A stretch of 64,000 bases of DNA from Eledone cirrhosa (taxonomy: Eukaryota). Of the stretch, positions 13,280-28,200 are shown piece after piece (the first letter of the stretch is position 1; every line of letters starts with the position of its first letter). The notes beneath the pieces were generated by a model. The model did not search any database and was not told the DNA's origin. It saw nothing but the letters and a program-made list of their open reading frames with translations. Made by a program: the position numbers and the translations under genes. The DNA lies in assembly GCA_964016885.1 (NCBI GenBank), contig OZ024740.1, positions 137,082,001 through 137,146,000 on the forward strand, written 5' to 3'.

Positions 13280-16200
13280 TCTCTTTCTCTTCTCACTTTT
13301 CTCTCAATCTCCAATTCTCTCTTTCTCTTATCACTTTTCTCTCAATCTCCAATTCTCTCTTTCTCTTGTCACTTTTCTCTCAATCTCCAATTCTCTCTTT
13401 CTCTTATCAGTTTTCTCTCAATCTGCAATTCTCTCTTTCTCTTATCACTTTTCTCTCAATCTCCAATTCTCTCTTTCTCTTCTCACTTTTCCCCTAATCT
13501 CCAATTCTCTCTTTCTCTTATCACTCTTCTCTCAATCTCCAATTCTCTCTTTCTCTTATCACTTTTCTCTCAATCTCCAATTCTCTCTTTCTCTTATCAC
13601 TTTTCTCTCAATCTCCAATTCTCCCTTTCTCTTATCCATTTTCTCTCAATCTGCAATTCTCTCTTTCTTTTCCCACTTTTCCGCCAATCTCCAATTCTCT
13701 CTTTCTCTTCACACTTTTCCCCCAATCTCCAATTCTCTCTTTCTCTTCACACTTTTCCCCCAATCTCTAATTCTCTCTTTCTCTTCTCACTTTTCGCTCA
13801 ATCTCCAATTCTCTCTTTCTCTTATCACTTTTCTCTCAATCTCCAATCCTCTCTTTCTCTTATCACTTTTCTCTCAATCACTTTTCCCCCAATCTCCAAT
13901 TCTCTCTTTCTCTTCTCACTTTTCGCTCAATCTCCAATTCTCTCTTTCTCTTATCACTTTTCTCTCAATCTCCAATTCTCTCTTTCTCTTATCACTTTCC
14001 TCTCAATCTCCAATTCTCTCTTTCTCTTCTCACTTTTCCCCCAATCTCCAATTCTCTCTTTCTCTTATCACTTTTCTCTCAATCTCCAATTCTCTCTTTC
14101 TCTTATCACTTTTCCCCCAATTCCACTTCTCTCTTTCTCTTATCACTTTTCTCTCAATCTCCAATTCTCTCTTTCTCTTATCACTTTTCTCTCAATCTCC
14201 AACTCTCTCTTTCTCTTATCCCTTTTCTCTCAATCTCCAATTATCTCTTTCTCTTATCACTTTTCTCTCAATCTCCAATTCTCTCTTTCTCTTCTCACTT
14301 TTCCCCCAATCTCCAATTCTCTTTTTCTCTTTACACTTTTCCCCAACCTCCAATTCTCTCTTTCTCTTATCACTTTTCTCTCAATCTCCAATTCTCTCTT
14401 TCCCTTCTCACTTTTCTCTCAATCTCCAATTCTCTCTTTCTCTTCTCACTTTTCTCTCAATCTCCAATCCTCTCTTTCTGTTCTCAGTTTTCTCCCAATC
14501 TCCAATTCTCTCTTTCTCTTATCACTTTTCTCTCAATCTCCCATTCTCTCTCTCTCTTATCACTTTTCTCTCAATCACCAATTCTCTCTTTCTCTTATCA
14601 CTTTTCTCATAATCTCCAATTCTCTCATTCTCTTATCACTTTTCTCTCAATCTCCAATTCTCTCTTTCTCTTATCACTTGTCCCCCAATCTACAATTCTC
14701 TCTTTCTCTTATCACTTTTCTCTCAATCTCCAATTCTCTCTTTCTCTTATCACTTTTCCCATAATCTCCAATTCTCTCTTTCTCTTATCACTTTTCTCTC
14801 AATCTCCAATTCTCTCTTTCTCTTATCACTTTTCTCTCAATCTCCAATTCTATCTTTCTCTTATCACTTTTCTCTCAATCTCCAATTCTCTTTTTCTCTT
14901 ATCACTTTCCTCTCAATCTCCAATTCTCTCTTTCTCTTATCACTTTTCCCCCAATACCCACTTCTCTCTTTCTCTTATCACTTTTCTCTCAATCTCCAAT
15001 TCTCTCTTTCTCTTATCTCTTTTCTCTCAATCTCCAATTCTCTCTTTCTCTTATCACTTTTCTCTCAATCTCCAATTCTCTCTTTCTCTTATCAGTTTTC
15101 TCTCAATCTGCAATTCTCTCTTTCTCTTATTACTTTTCTCTCAATCTCCAATTCTCTCTTTCTCTTATTACTTTTCTCTCAATCTCCAATTCTCTCTTTC
15201 TCTTCTCACTTTTCTCTCAATCTCCAATTCTCTCTTTCTCTTATCACTTTTCTCTCAATCTCCAATTCTCTCTTTCTCTTATCACTTTTCTCTCAATCTC
15301 CAATTCTCTCTTTCTCTTATCCATTTTCTCTCAATCTGCAATTCTCTCTTTCTTTTCTCACTTTTCCTCCAGTCTCCAATTCTCTCTTTCTCTTCACACT
15401 TTTCCCCCAATCTCCAATTCTCTTTCTCTTCACACTTTTCCCCCAATCTCCAATTCTCTCTTTCTCTTCTCACTTTTCTCTCAATCTCCAATTCTCTCTT
15501 TCTCTTATCACTTTTCTCTCAATCTCCAATCCTCTCTTTCTCTTATCACTTTTCTCTCAATCACTTTTCTCTCAATCTCCAATTCTCTCTTTCTCTTATC
15601 ACTTTTCTCTCAATCTCCAATTCTCTCTTTCTCTTATCACTTTTCTCTCAATCTCCAATTCTCTCTTTCTCTTATCACTTTCCTCTCAATCTTCAATTCT
15701 CTCTTTCTCTTCTCACTTTTCCGCCAATATCCACTTCTCTCTTTCTCTTATCACTTTTCTCTCAATCTCCAATTCTCTCTTTCTCATATCACTTTTCTCT
15801 CAAACTCCAATTCTCTCTTTCTCTCATCACTTTTCTCTCAATCTCCAATTCTCTCTTTCTCTTATCCATTTTCTCTCAATCTGCAATTCTCTCTTTCTTT
15901 TCTCACTTTTCCCCCAATCTCCAATTCTCTCTTTCTCTTCACACTTTTCCCCCAATCTCCAATTCTCTCTTTCTCTTATCACTTTTCTCTCAATCTCCAA
16001 TTTTCTCTTTCTCTCATCACTTTTCTCTCAATCTCCAATCTCTCTTTCTCATATCACTTTTCTCTCAAACTCCAATTCTCTCTTTCTCTCATCACTTTTC
16101 TCTCAATCTCCAATTCTCTCTTTCTCTTATCAGTTTTCTCTCAATCTCCAACTCTCTCTTTCTCTTATCCCTTTTCTCTCAATCTCCAATTCTCTCTTTC

Positions 16201-19200
16201 TCTTCTCACTTTTCTCTCAATCTCCAATCCTCTCTATCTGTTCTCAGTTTTCCCCCAATCTCCAATTCTCTATTTCTCTTAGCACTTTTCTTTCAATCCC
16301 CCATTCTCTCTCTCTCTTATCACTTTTCTCTGAATCTCCAATTTTCTCTTTCTCTTATCACTTTTCTCTCAATCTCCAATCTCTCTTTCTCATATCACTT
16401 TTCTCTCAAACTCCAATTCTCTCTTTCTCTCATCACTTTTCTCTCAATCTCCAATTCTCTCTTTCTCTTATCAGTTTTCTCTCAATCTGCAATTCTCTCT
16501 TTCTCTTATCACTTTTCTCTCAATCTCCAATTCTCTCTTTCTCTTCTCACTTTTCCCCTAATCTCCAATTCTCTCTTTCTCTTATCACTTTTCTCTCAAT
16601 CTCCAATTCTCTCTTTCTCATATCACTTTTCTCTCAAACTCCAATTCTCTCTTTCTCTCATCACCTTTCTCTCAATCTCCAACTCTCTCTTTCTCTTATC
16701 CCTTTTCTCTCAATCTCCAATTATCTCTTTCTCTTATCACTTTTCTCTCAATCTCCAATTCTCTCTTTCTCTTCTCACTTTTCCCCCAATCTCTAATTCT
16801 CTTTTTCTCTTTACACTTTTCCCCAACCTCCAATTCTCTCTTTCTCTTATCACATTTCTCTCAATCTCCAATTCTCTCTTTCTCTTCTCACTTTTCTCTC
16901 AATCTCCAATCCTCTCTTTTTGTTCTCAGTTTTCCCCCAATCTCCAATTCTCTCTTTCTCTTATCACTTTTCTCTCAATCTCCCATTCTCTCTCTCTCTT
17001 ATCACTTTTCTCTCAATCACCAATTCTCTCTTTCTCTTATCACTTTTCTCATAATCTCCAATTCTCTCTTTCTCTTATCACTTCTCCCCCCATCTACAAT
17101 TCTCTCTTTCTCTTATCACTTTTCTCTCAATCTCCAATTCTCTCTTTCTCTTATCACTTTTCCCATAATCTCCAATTCTCTCTTTCTCTTCTCACTTTTC
17201 CCCCAATCTCTAATTCTCTTTTTCTCTTTACACTTTTCCCCAACCTCCAATTCTCTCTTTCTCTTATCACATTTCTCTCAATCTCCAATTCTCTCTTTCT
17301 CTTCTCACTTTTCTCTCAATCTCCAATCCTCTCTTTTTGTTCTCAGTTTTCCCCCAATCTCCAATTCTCTCTTTCTCTTATCACTTTTCTCTCAATCTCC
17401 CATTCTCTCTCTCTCTTATCACTTTTCTCATAATCTCCAATTCTCTCTTTCTCTTATCACTTCTCCCCCCATCTACAATTCTCTCTTTCTCTTATCACTT
17501 TTCTCTCAATCTCCAATTCTCTCTTTCTCTTATCACTTTTCCCCCAATCTCCAATTCTCTCTTTCTCTTCTCACTTTTCTCTCAATCTCCAATTCTCTCT
17601 TTCTCTTATCACTTTTCTCTCAATCTCCAATTCTCTCTTTCTCTTGTCACTTTTCTCTCAATCTCCAATTCTCTCTTTCTCTTATCAGTTTTCTCTCAAT
17701 CTGCAATTCTCTCTTTCTCTTATCACTTTTCTCTCAATCTCCAATTCTCTCTTTCTCTTCTCACTTTTCCCCTAATCTCCAATTCTCTCTTTCTCTTATC
17801 ACTCTTCTCTCAATCTCCAATTCTCTCTTTCTCTTATCACTTTTCTCTCAATCTCCAATTCTCTCTTTCTCTTATCACTTTTCTCTCAATCTCCAATTCT
17901 CCCTTTCTCTTATCCATTTTCTCTCAATCTGCAATTCTCTCTTTCTTTTCCCACTTTTCCGCCAATCTCCAATTCTCTCTTTCTCTTCACACTTTTCCCC
18001 CAATCTCCAATTCTCTCTTTCTCTTCACACTTTTCCCCCAATCTCCAATTCTCTCTTTCTCTTCTCACTTTTCGCTCAATCTCCAATTATCTCTTTCTCT
18101 TATCACTTTTCTCTCAATCTCCAATCCTCTCTTTCTCTTATCACTTTTCTCTCAATCACTTTTCTCTCAATCTCCAATTCTCTATTTCTCTTATCACTTT
18201 TCTCTCAATCTCCAATTCTCTCTTTCTCTTATCACTTTTCTCTCAATCTCCAATTCTCTCTTTCTCTTATCACTTTCCTCTCAATCTCCAATTCTCTCTT
18301 TCTCTTCTCACTTTTCCCCCAATCTCCAATTCTCTCTTTCTCTTATCACTTTTCTCTCAATCTCCAATTCCCTCTTTCTCTTATCACTTTTCCCCCAATA
18401 TCCACTTCTCTCTTTCTCTTATCACTTTTCTCTCAATCTCCAATTCTCTCTTTCTCTTATCACTTTTCTCTCAATCTCCAACTCTCTCTTTCTCTTATCC
18501 CTTTTCTCTCAATCTCCAATTATCTCTTTCTCTTATCACTTTTCTCTCAATCTCCAATTCTCTCTTTCTCTTCTCACTTTTCCCCCAATCTCCAATTCTC
18601 TTTTTCTCTTTACACTTTTCCCCAACCTCCAATTCTCTCTTTCTCTTATCACTTTTCTCTCAATCTCCAATTCTCTCTTTCCCTTCTCACTTTTCTCTCA
18701 ATCTCCAATTCTCTCTTTCTCTTCTCACTTTTCTCTCAATCTCCAATCCTCTCTTTCTGTTCTCAGTTTTCTCCCAATCTCCAATTCTCTCTTTCTCTTA
18801 TCACTTTTCTCTCAATCTCCCATTCTCTCTCTCTCTTATCACTTTTCTCTCAATCACCAATTCTCTCTTTCTCTTATCACTTTTCTCATAATCTCCAATT
18901 CTCTCATTCTCTTATCACTTTTCTCTCAATCTCCAATTCTCTCTTTCTCTTATCACTTGTCCCCCAATCTACAATTCTCTCTTTCTCTTATCACTTTTCT
19001 CTCAATCTCCAATTCTCTCTTTCTCTTCTCACTTTTCTCTCAATCTCCAATCCTCTCTATCTGTTCTCAGTTTTCCCCCAATCTCCAATTCTCTATTTCT
19101 CTTAGCACTTTTCTTTCAATCCCCCATTCTCTCTCTCTCTTATCACTTTTCTCTGAATCTCCAATTTTCTCTTTCTCTTATCACTTTTCTCTCAATCTCC

Positions 19201-22200
19201 AATCTCTCTTTCTCATATCACTTTTCTCTCAAACTCCAATTCTCTCTTTCTCTCATCACTTTTCTCTCAATCTCCAATTCTCTCTTTCTCTTATCAGTTT
19301 TCTCTCAATCTGCAATTCTCTCTTTCTCTTATCACTTTTCTCTCAATCTCCAATTCTCTCTTTCTCTTCTCACTTTTCCCCTAATCTCCAATTCTCTCTT
19401 TCTCTTATCACTTTTCTCTCAATCTGCAATTCTCTCTTTCTCATATCACTTTTCTCTCAAACTCCAATTCTCTCTTTCTCTCATCACCTTTCTCTCAATC
19501 TCCAACTCTCTCTTTCTCTTATCCCTTTTCTCTCAATCTCCAATTATCTCTTTCTCTTATCACTTTTCTCTCAATCTCCAATTCTCTCTTTCTCTTCTCA
19601 CTTTTCCCCCAATCTCTAATTCTCTTTTTCTCTTTACACTTTTCCCCAACCTCCAATTCTCTCTTTCTCTTATCACATTTCTCTCAATCTCCAATTCTCT
19701 CTTTCTCTTCTCACTTTTCTCTCAATCTCCAATCCTCTCTTTTTGTTCTCAGTTTTCCCCCAATCTCCAATTCTCTCTTTCTCTTATCACTTTTCTCTCA
19801 ATCTCCCATTCTCTCTCTCTCTTATCACTTTTCTCTCAATCACCAATTCTCTCTTTCTCTTATCACTTTTCTCATAATCTCCAATTCTCTCTTTCTCTTA
19901 TCACTTCTCCCCCCATCTACAATTCTCTCTTTCTCTTATCACTTTTCTCTCAATCTCCAATTCTCTCTTTCTCTTATCACTTTTCCCATAATCTCCAATT
20001 CTCTCTTTCTCTTCTCACTTTTCCCCCTATCTCTAATTCTCTTTTTCTCTTTACACTTTTCCCCAACCTCCAATTCTCTCTTTCTCTTATCACATTTCTC
20101 TCAATCTCCAATTCTCTCTTTCTCTTCTCACTTTTCTCTCAATCTCCAATCCTCTCTTTTTGTTCTCAGTTTTCCCCCAATCTCCAATTCTCTCTTTCTC
20201 TTATCACTTTTCTCTCAATCTCCCATTCTCTCTCTCTCTTATCACTTTTCTCTCAATCACCAATTCTCTCTTTCTCTTATCACTTTTCTCATAATCTCCA
20301 ATTCTCTCTTTCTCTTATCACTTCTCCCCCCATCTACAATTCTCTCTTTCTCTTATCACTTTTCTCTCAATCTCCAATTCTCTCTTTCTCTTATCACTTT
20401 TCCCCCAATCTCCAATTCTCTCTTTCTCTTCTCACTTTTCTCTCAATCTCCAATTCTCTCTTTCTCTTATCACTTTTCTCTCAATCTCCAATTCTCTCTT
20501 TCTCTTGTCACTTTTCTCTCAATCTCCAATTCTCTCTTTCTCTTATCAGTTTTCTCTCAATCTGCAATTCTCTCTTTCTCTTATCACTTTTCTCTCAATC
20601 TCCAATTCTCTCTTTCTCTTCTCACTTTTCCCCTAATCTCCAATTCTCTCTTTCTCTTATCACTCTTCTCTCAATCTCCAATTCTCTCTTTCTCTTATCA
20701 CTTTTCTCTCAATCTCCAATTCTCTCTTTCTCTTATCACTTTTCTCTCAATCTCCAATTCTCCCTTTCTCTTATCCATTTTCTCTCAATCTGCAATTCTC
20801 TCTTTCTTTTCCCACTTTTCCGCCAATCTCCAATTCTCTCTTTCTCTTCACACTTTTCCCCCAATCTCCAATTCTCTCTTTCTCTTCACACTTTTCCCCC
20901 AATCTCCAATTCTCTCTTTCTCTTCTCACTTTTCGCTCAATCTCCAATTATCTCTTTCTCTTATCACTTTTCTCTCAATCTCCAATCCTCTCTTTCTCTT
21001 ATCACTTTTCTCTCAATCACTTTTCTCTCAATCTCCAATTCTCTATTTCTCTTATCACTTTTCTCTCAATCTCCAATTCTCTCTTTCTCTTATCACTTTT
21101 CTCTCAATCTCCAATTCTCTCTTTCTCTTATCACTTTCCTCTCAATCTCCAATTCTCTCTTTCTCTTCTCACTTTTCCCCCAATCTCCAATTCTCTCTTT
21201 CTCTTATCACTTTTCTCTCAATCTCCAATTCTCTCTTTCTCTTATCACTTTTCCCCCAATATCCACTTCTCTCTTTCTCTTATCACTTTTCTCTCAATCT
21301 CCAATTCTCTCTTTCTCTTATCACTTTTCTCTCAATCTCCAACTCTCTCTTTCTCTTATCCCTTTTCTCTCAATCTCCAATTATCTCTTTCTCTTATCAC
21401 TTTTCTCTCAATCTCCAATTCTCTCTTTCTCTTCTCACTTTTCCCCCAATCTCCAATTCTCTTTTTCTCTTTACACTTTTCCCCAACCTCCAATTCTCTC
21501 TTTCTCTTATCACTTTTCTCTCAATCTCCAATTCTCTCTTTCCCTTCTCACTTTTCTCTCAATCTCCAATTCTCTCTTTCTCTTATCACTTTCCTCTCAA
21601 TCTCCAATTCTCTCTTTCTCTTCTCACTTTTCCCCCAATCTCCAATTCTCTCTTTCTCTTATCACTTTTCCCCCAATATCCACTTCTCTCTTTCTCTTAT
21701 CACTTTTCTCTCAATCTCCAATTCTCTCTTTCTCTTATCACTTTTCTCTCAATCTCCAACTCTCTCTTTCTCTTATCCCTTTTCCCCCAATCTCCAATTC
21801 TCTCTTTCTCTTCTCACTTTTCTCTCAATCTCCAATTCTCTCTTTCTCTTATCACTTTTCTCTCAATCTCCAATTCTCTCTTTCTCTTGTCACTTTTCTC
21901 TCAATCTCCAATTCTCTCTTTCTCTTATCAGTTTTCTCTCAATCTGCAATTCTCTCTTTCTCTTATCACTTTTCTCTCAATCTCCAATTCTCTCTTTCTC
22001 TTCTCACTTTTCCCCTAATCTCCAATTCTCTCTTTCTCTTATCACTCTTCTCTCAATCTCCAATTCTCTCTTTCTCTTATCACTTTTCTCTCAATCTCCA
22101 ATTCTCTCTTTCTCTTATCACTTTTCTCTCAATCTCCAATTCTCCCTTTCTCTTATCCATTTTCTCTCAATCTGCAATTCTCTCTTTCTTTTCCCACTTT

Positions 22201-25200
22201 TCCGCCAATCTCCAATTCTCTCTTTCTCTTCACACTTTTCCCCCAATCTCCAATTCTCTCTTTCTCTTCACACTTTTCCCCCAATCTCCAATTCTCTCTT
22301 TCTCTTCTCACTTTTCGCTCAATCTCCAATTATCTCTTTCTCTTATCACTTTTCTCTCAATCTCCAATCCTCTCTTTCTCTTATCACTTTTCTCTCAATC
22401 ACTTTTCTCTCAATCTCCAATTCTCTATTTCTCTTATCACTTTTCTCTCAATCTCCAATTCTCTCTTTCTCTTATCACTTTTCTCTCAATCTCCAATTCT
22501 CTCTTTCTCTTATCACTTTCCTCTCAATCTCCAATTCTCTCTTTCTCTTCTCACTTTTCCCCCAATCTCCAATTCTCTCTTTCTCTTATCACTTTTCTCT
22601 CAATCTCCAATTCCCTCTTTCTCTTATCACTTTTCCCCCAATATCCACTTCTCTCTTTCTCTTATCACTTTTCTCTCAATCTCCAATTCTCTCTTTCTCT
22701 TATCACTTTTCTCTCAATCTCCAACTCTCTCTTTCTCTTATCCCTTTTCTCTCAATCTCCAATTATCTCTTTTTTCTCTTTACACTTTTCCCCAACCTCC
22801 AATTCTCTCTTTCTCTTATCACTTTTCTCTCAATCTCCAATTCTCTCTTTCCCTTCTCACTTTTCTCTCAATCTCCAATTCTCTCTTTCTCTTCTCACTT
22901 TTCTCTCAATCTCCAATCCTCTCTTTCTGTTCTCAGTTTTCTCCCAATCTCCAATTCTCACTTTCTCTTATCACTTTTCTCTCAATCTCCCATTCTCTCT
23001 CTCTCTTATCACTTTTCTCTCAATCACCAATTCTCTCTTTCTCTTATCACTTTTCTCATAATCTCCAATTCTCTCATTCTCTTATCACTTTTCTCTCAAT
23101 CTCCAATTCTCTCTTTCTCTTATCACTTGTCCCCCAATCTACAATTCTCTCTTTCTCTTATCACTTTTCTCTCAATCTCCAATTCTCTCTTTCTCTTCTC
23201 ACTTTTCTCTCAATCTCCAATCCTCTCTATCTGTTCTCAGTTTTCCCCCAATCTCCAATTCTCTATTTCTCTTAGCACTTTTCTTTCAATCCCCCATTCT
23301 CTCTCTCTCTTATCACTTTTCTCTGAATCTCCAATTTTCTCTTTCTCTTATCACTTTTCTCTCAATCTCCAATCTCTCTTTCTCATATCACTTTTCTCTC
23401 AAACTCCAATTCTCTCTTTCTCTCATCACTTTTCTCTCAATCTCCAATTCTCTCTTTCTCTTATCAGTTTTCTCCCAATCTCCAATTCTCTCTTTCTCTT
23501 ATCACTTTTCTCTCAATCTCCAATTCTCTCTTTCTCTTCTCACTTTTCCCCTAATCTCCAATTCTCTCTTTCTCTTATCACTTTTCTCTCAATCTGCAAT
23601 TCTCTCTTTCTCATATCACTTTTCTCTCAAACTCCAATTCTCTCTTTCTCTCATCACCTTTCTCTCAATCTCCAACTCTCTCTTTCTCTTATCCCTTTTC
23701 TCTCAATCTCCAATTATCTCTTTCTCTTATCACTTTTCTCTCAATCTCCAATTCTCTCTTTCTCTTCTCACTTTTCCCCCAATCTCTAATTCTCTTTTTC
23801 TCTTTACACTTTTCCCCAACCTCCAATTCTCTCTTTCTCTTATCACATTTCTCTCAATCTCCAATTCTCTCTTTCTCTTCTCACTTTTCTCTCAATCTCC
23901 ATTCCTCTCTTTTTGTTCTCAGTTTTCCCCCAATCTCCAATTCTCTCTTTCTCTTATCACTTTTCTCTCAATCTCCCATTCTCTCTCTCTCTTATCACTT
24001 TTCTCTCAATCACCAATTCTCTCTTTCTCTTATCACTTTTCTCATAATCTCCAATTCTCTCTTTCTCTTATCACTTCTCCCCCCATCTACAATTCTCTCT
24101 TTCTCTTATCACTTTTCTCTCAATCTCCAATTCTCTCTTTCTCTTATCACTTTTCCCATAATCTCCAATTCTCTCTTTCTCTTCTCACTTTTCCCCCAAT
24201 CTCTAATTCTCTTTTTCTCTTTACACTTTTCCCCAACCTCCAATTCTCTCTTTCTCTTATCACATTTCTCTCAATCTCCAATTCTCTCTTTCTCTTCTCA
24301 CTTTCTCTCAATCTCCAATCCTCTCTTTTTGTTCTCAGTTTCCCCCAATCTCCAATTCTCTCTTTCTCTTATCACTTTTCTCTCAATCTCCCATTCTCTC
24401 TCTCTCTTATCACTTTTCTCTCAATCACCAATTCTCTCTTTCTCTTATCACTTTTCTCATAATCTCCAATTCTCTCTTTCTCTTATCACTTCTCCCCCCA
24501 TCTACAATTCTCTCTTTCTCTTATCACTTTTCTCTCAATCTCCAATTCTCTCTTTCTCTTATCACTTTTCCCCCAATCTCCAATTCTCTCTTTCTCTTCT
24601 CACTTTTCTCTCAATCTCCAATTCTCTCTTTCTCTTATCACTTTTCTCTCAATCTCCAATTCTCTCTTTCTCTTGTCACTTTTCTCTCAATCTCCAATTC
24701 TCTCTTTCTCTTATCAGTTTTCTCTCAATCTGCAATTCTCTCTTTCTCTTATCACTTTTCTCTCAATCTCCAATTCTCTCTTTCTCTTCTCACTTTTCCC
24801 CTAATCTCCAATTCTCTCTTTCTCTTATCACTCTTCTCTCAATCTCCAATTCTCTCTTTCTCTTATCACTTTTCTCTCAATCTCCAATTCTCTCTTTCTC
24901 TTATCACTTTTCTCTCAATCTCCAATTCTCCCTTTCTCTTATCCATTTTCTCTCAATCTGCAATTCTCTCTTTCTTTTCCCACTTTTCCGCCAATCTCCA
25001 ATTCTCTCTTTCTCTTCACACTTTTCCCCCAATCTCCAATTCTCTCTTTCTCTTCACACTTTTCCCCCAATCTCCAATTCTCTCTTTCTCTTCTCACTTT
25101 TCGCTCAATCTCCAATTATCTCTTTCTCTTATCACTTTTCTCTCAATCTCCAATCCTCTCTTTCTCTTATCACTTTTCTCTCAATCACTTTTCTCTCAAT

Positions 25201-28200
25201 CTCCAATTCTCTATTTCTCTTATCACTTTTCTCTCAATCTCCAATTCTCTCTTTCTCTTATCACTTTTCTCTCAATCTCCAATTCTCTCTTTCTCTTATC
25301 ACTTTCCTCTCAATCTCCAATTCTCTCTTTCTCTTCTCACTTTTCCCCCAATCTCCAATTCTCTCTTTCTCTTATCACTTTTCTCTCAATCTCCAATTCT
25401 CTCTTTCTCTTATCACTTTTCCCCCAATATCCACTTCTCTCTTTCTCTTATCACTTTTCTCTCAATCTCCAATTCTCTCTTTCTCTTATCACTTTTCTCT
25501 CAATCTCCAACTCTCTCTTTCTCTTATCCCTTTTCTCTCAATCTCCAATTATCTCTTTCTCTTATCACTTTTCTCTCAATCTCCAATTCTCTCTTTCTCT
25601 TCTCACTTTTCCCCCAATCTCCAATTCTCTTTTTCTCTTTACACTTTTCCCCAACCTCCAATTCTCTCTTTCTCTTATCACTTTTCTCTCAATCTCCAAT
25701 TCTCTCTTTCCCTTCTCACTTTTCTCTCAATCTCCAATTCTCTCTTTCTCTTCTCACTTTTCTCTCAATCTCCAATCCTCTCTTTCTGTTCTCAGTTTTC
25801 TCCCAATCTCCAATTCTCTCTTTCTCTTATCACTTTTCTCTCAATCTCCCATTCTCTCTCTCTCTTATCACTTTTCTCTCAATCACCAATTCTCTCTTTC
25901 TCTTATCACTTTTCTCATAATCTCCAATTCTCTCATTCTCTTATCACTTTTCTCTCAATCTCCAATTCTCTCTTTCTCTTATCACTTGTCCCCCAATCTA
26001 CAATTCTCTCTTTCTCTTATCACTTTTCTCTCAATCTCCAATTCTCTCTTTCTCTTATCACTTTCCCATAATCTCCAATTCTCTCTTTCTCTTATCACTT
26101 TTCTCTCAATCTCCAATTCTCTCTTTCTCTTATCACTTTTCTCTCAATCTCCAATTCTATCTTTCTCTTATCACTTTTCTCTCAATCTCCAATTCTCTTT
26201 TTCTCTTATCACTTTCCTCTCAATCTCCAATTCTCTCTTTCTCTTATCACTTTTCCCCCAATACCCACTTCTCTCTTTCTCTTATCACTTTTCTCTCAAT
26301 CTCCAATTCTCTCTTTCTCTTATCTCTTTTCTCTCAATCTCCAATTCTCTCTTTCTCTTATCACTTTTCTCTCAATCTCCAATTCTCTCTTTCTCTTATC
26401 AGTTTTCTCTCAATCTGCAATTCTCTCTTTCTCTTATTACTTTTCTCTCAATCTCCAATTCTCTCTTTCTCTTATTACTTTTCTCTCAATCTCCAATTCT
26501 CTCTTTCTCTTCTCACTTTTCTCTCAATCTCCAATTCTCTCTTTCTCTTATCACTTTTCTCTCAATCTCCAATTCTCTCTTTCTCTTATCACTTTTCTCT
26601 CAATCTCCAATTCTCTCTTTCTCTTATCCATTTTCTCTCAATCTGCAATTCTCTCTTTCTTTTCTCACTTTTCCTCCAGTCTCCAATTCTCTCTTTCTCT
26701 TCACACTTTTCCCCCAATCTCCAATTCTCTTTCTCTTCACACTTTTCCCCCAATCTCCAATTCTCTCTTTCTCTTCTCACTTTTCTCTCAATCTCCAATT
26801 CTCTCTTTCTCTTATCACTTTTCTCTCAATCTCCAATCCTCTCTTTCTCTTATCACTTTTCTCTCAATCACTTTTCTCTCAATCTCCAATTCTCTCTTTC
26901 TCTTATCACTTTTCTCTCAATCTCCAATTCTCTCTTTCTCTTATCACTTTTCTCTCAATCTCCAATTCTCTCTTTCTCTTATCACTTTCCTCTCAATCTT
27001 CAATTCTCTCTTTCTCTTCTCACTTTTCCGCCAATATCCACTTCTCTCTTTCTCTTATCACTTTTCTCTCAATCTCCAATTCTCTCTTTCTCATATCACT
27101 TTTCTCTCAAACTCCAATTCTCTCTTTCTCTCATCACTTTTCTCTCAATCTCCAATTCTCTCTTTCTCTTATCCATTTTCTCTCAATCTGCAATTCTCTC
27201 TTTCTTTTCTCACTTTTCCCCCAATCTCCAATTCTCTCTTTCTCTTCACACTTTTCCCCCAATCTCCAATTCTCTCTTTCTCTTATCACTTTTCTCTCAA
27301 TCTCCAATTTTCTCTTTCTCTCATCACTTTTCTCTCAATCTCCAATCTCTCTTTCTCATATCACTTTTCTCTCAAACTCCAATTCTCTCTTTCTCTCATC
27401 ACTTTTCTCTCAATCTCCAATTCTCTCTTTCTCTTATCAGTTTTCTCTCAATCTCCAACTCTCTCTTTCTCTTATCCCTTTTCTCTCAATCTCCAATTCT
27501 CTCTTTCTCTTCTCACTTTTCTCTCAATCTCCAATCCTCTCTATCTGTTCTCAGTTTTCCCCCAATCTCCAATTCTCTATTTCTCTTAGCACTTTTCTTT
27601 CAATCCCCCATTCTCTCTCTCTCTTATCACTTTTCTCTGAATCTCCAATTTTCTCTTTCTCTTATCACTTTTCTCTCAATCTCCAATCTCTCTTTCTCAT
27701 ATCACTTTTCTCTCAAACTCCAATTCTCTCTTTCTCTCATCACTTTTCTCTCAATCTCCAATTCTCTCTTTCTCTTATCAGTTTTCTCTCAATCTGCAAT
27801 TCTCTCTTTCTCTTATCACTTTTCTCTCAATCTCCAATTCTCTCTTTCTCTTCTCACTTTTCCCCTAATCTCCAATTCTCTCTTTCTCTTATCACTTTTC
27901 TCTCAATCTCCAATTCTCTCTTTCTCATATCACTTTTCTCTCAAACTCCAATTCTCTCTTTCTCTCATCACCTTTCTCTCAATCTCCAACTCTCTCTTTC
28001 TCTTATCCCTTTTCTCTCAATCTTCAATTATCTCTTTCTCTTATCACTTTTCTCTCAATCTCCAATTCTCTCTTTCTCTTCTCACTTTTCCCCCAATCTC
28101 TAATTCTCTTTTTCTCTTTACACTTTTCCCCAACCTCCAATTCTCTCTTTCTCTTATCACATTTCTCTCAATCTCCAATTCTCTCTTTCTCTTCTCACTT

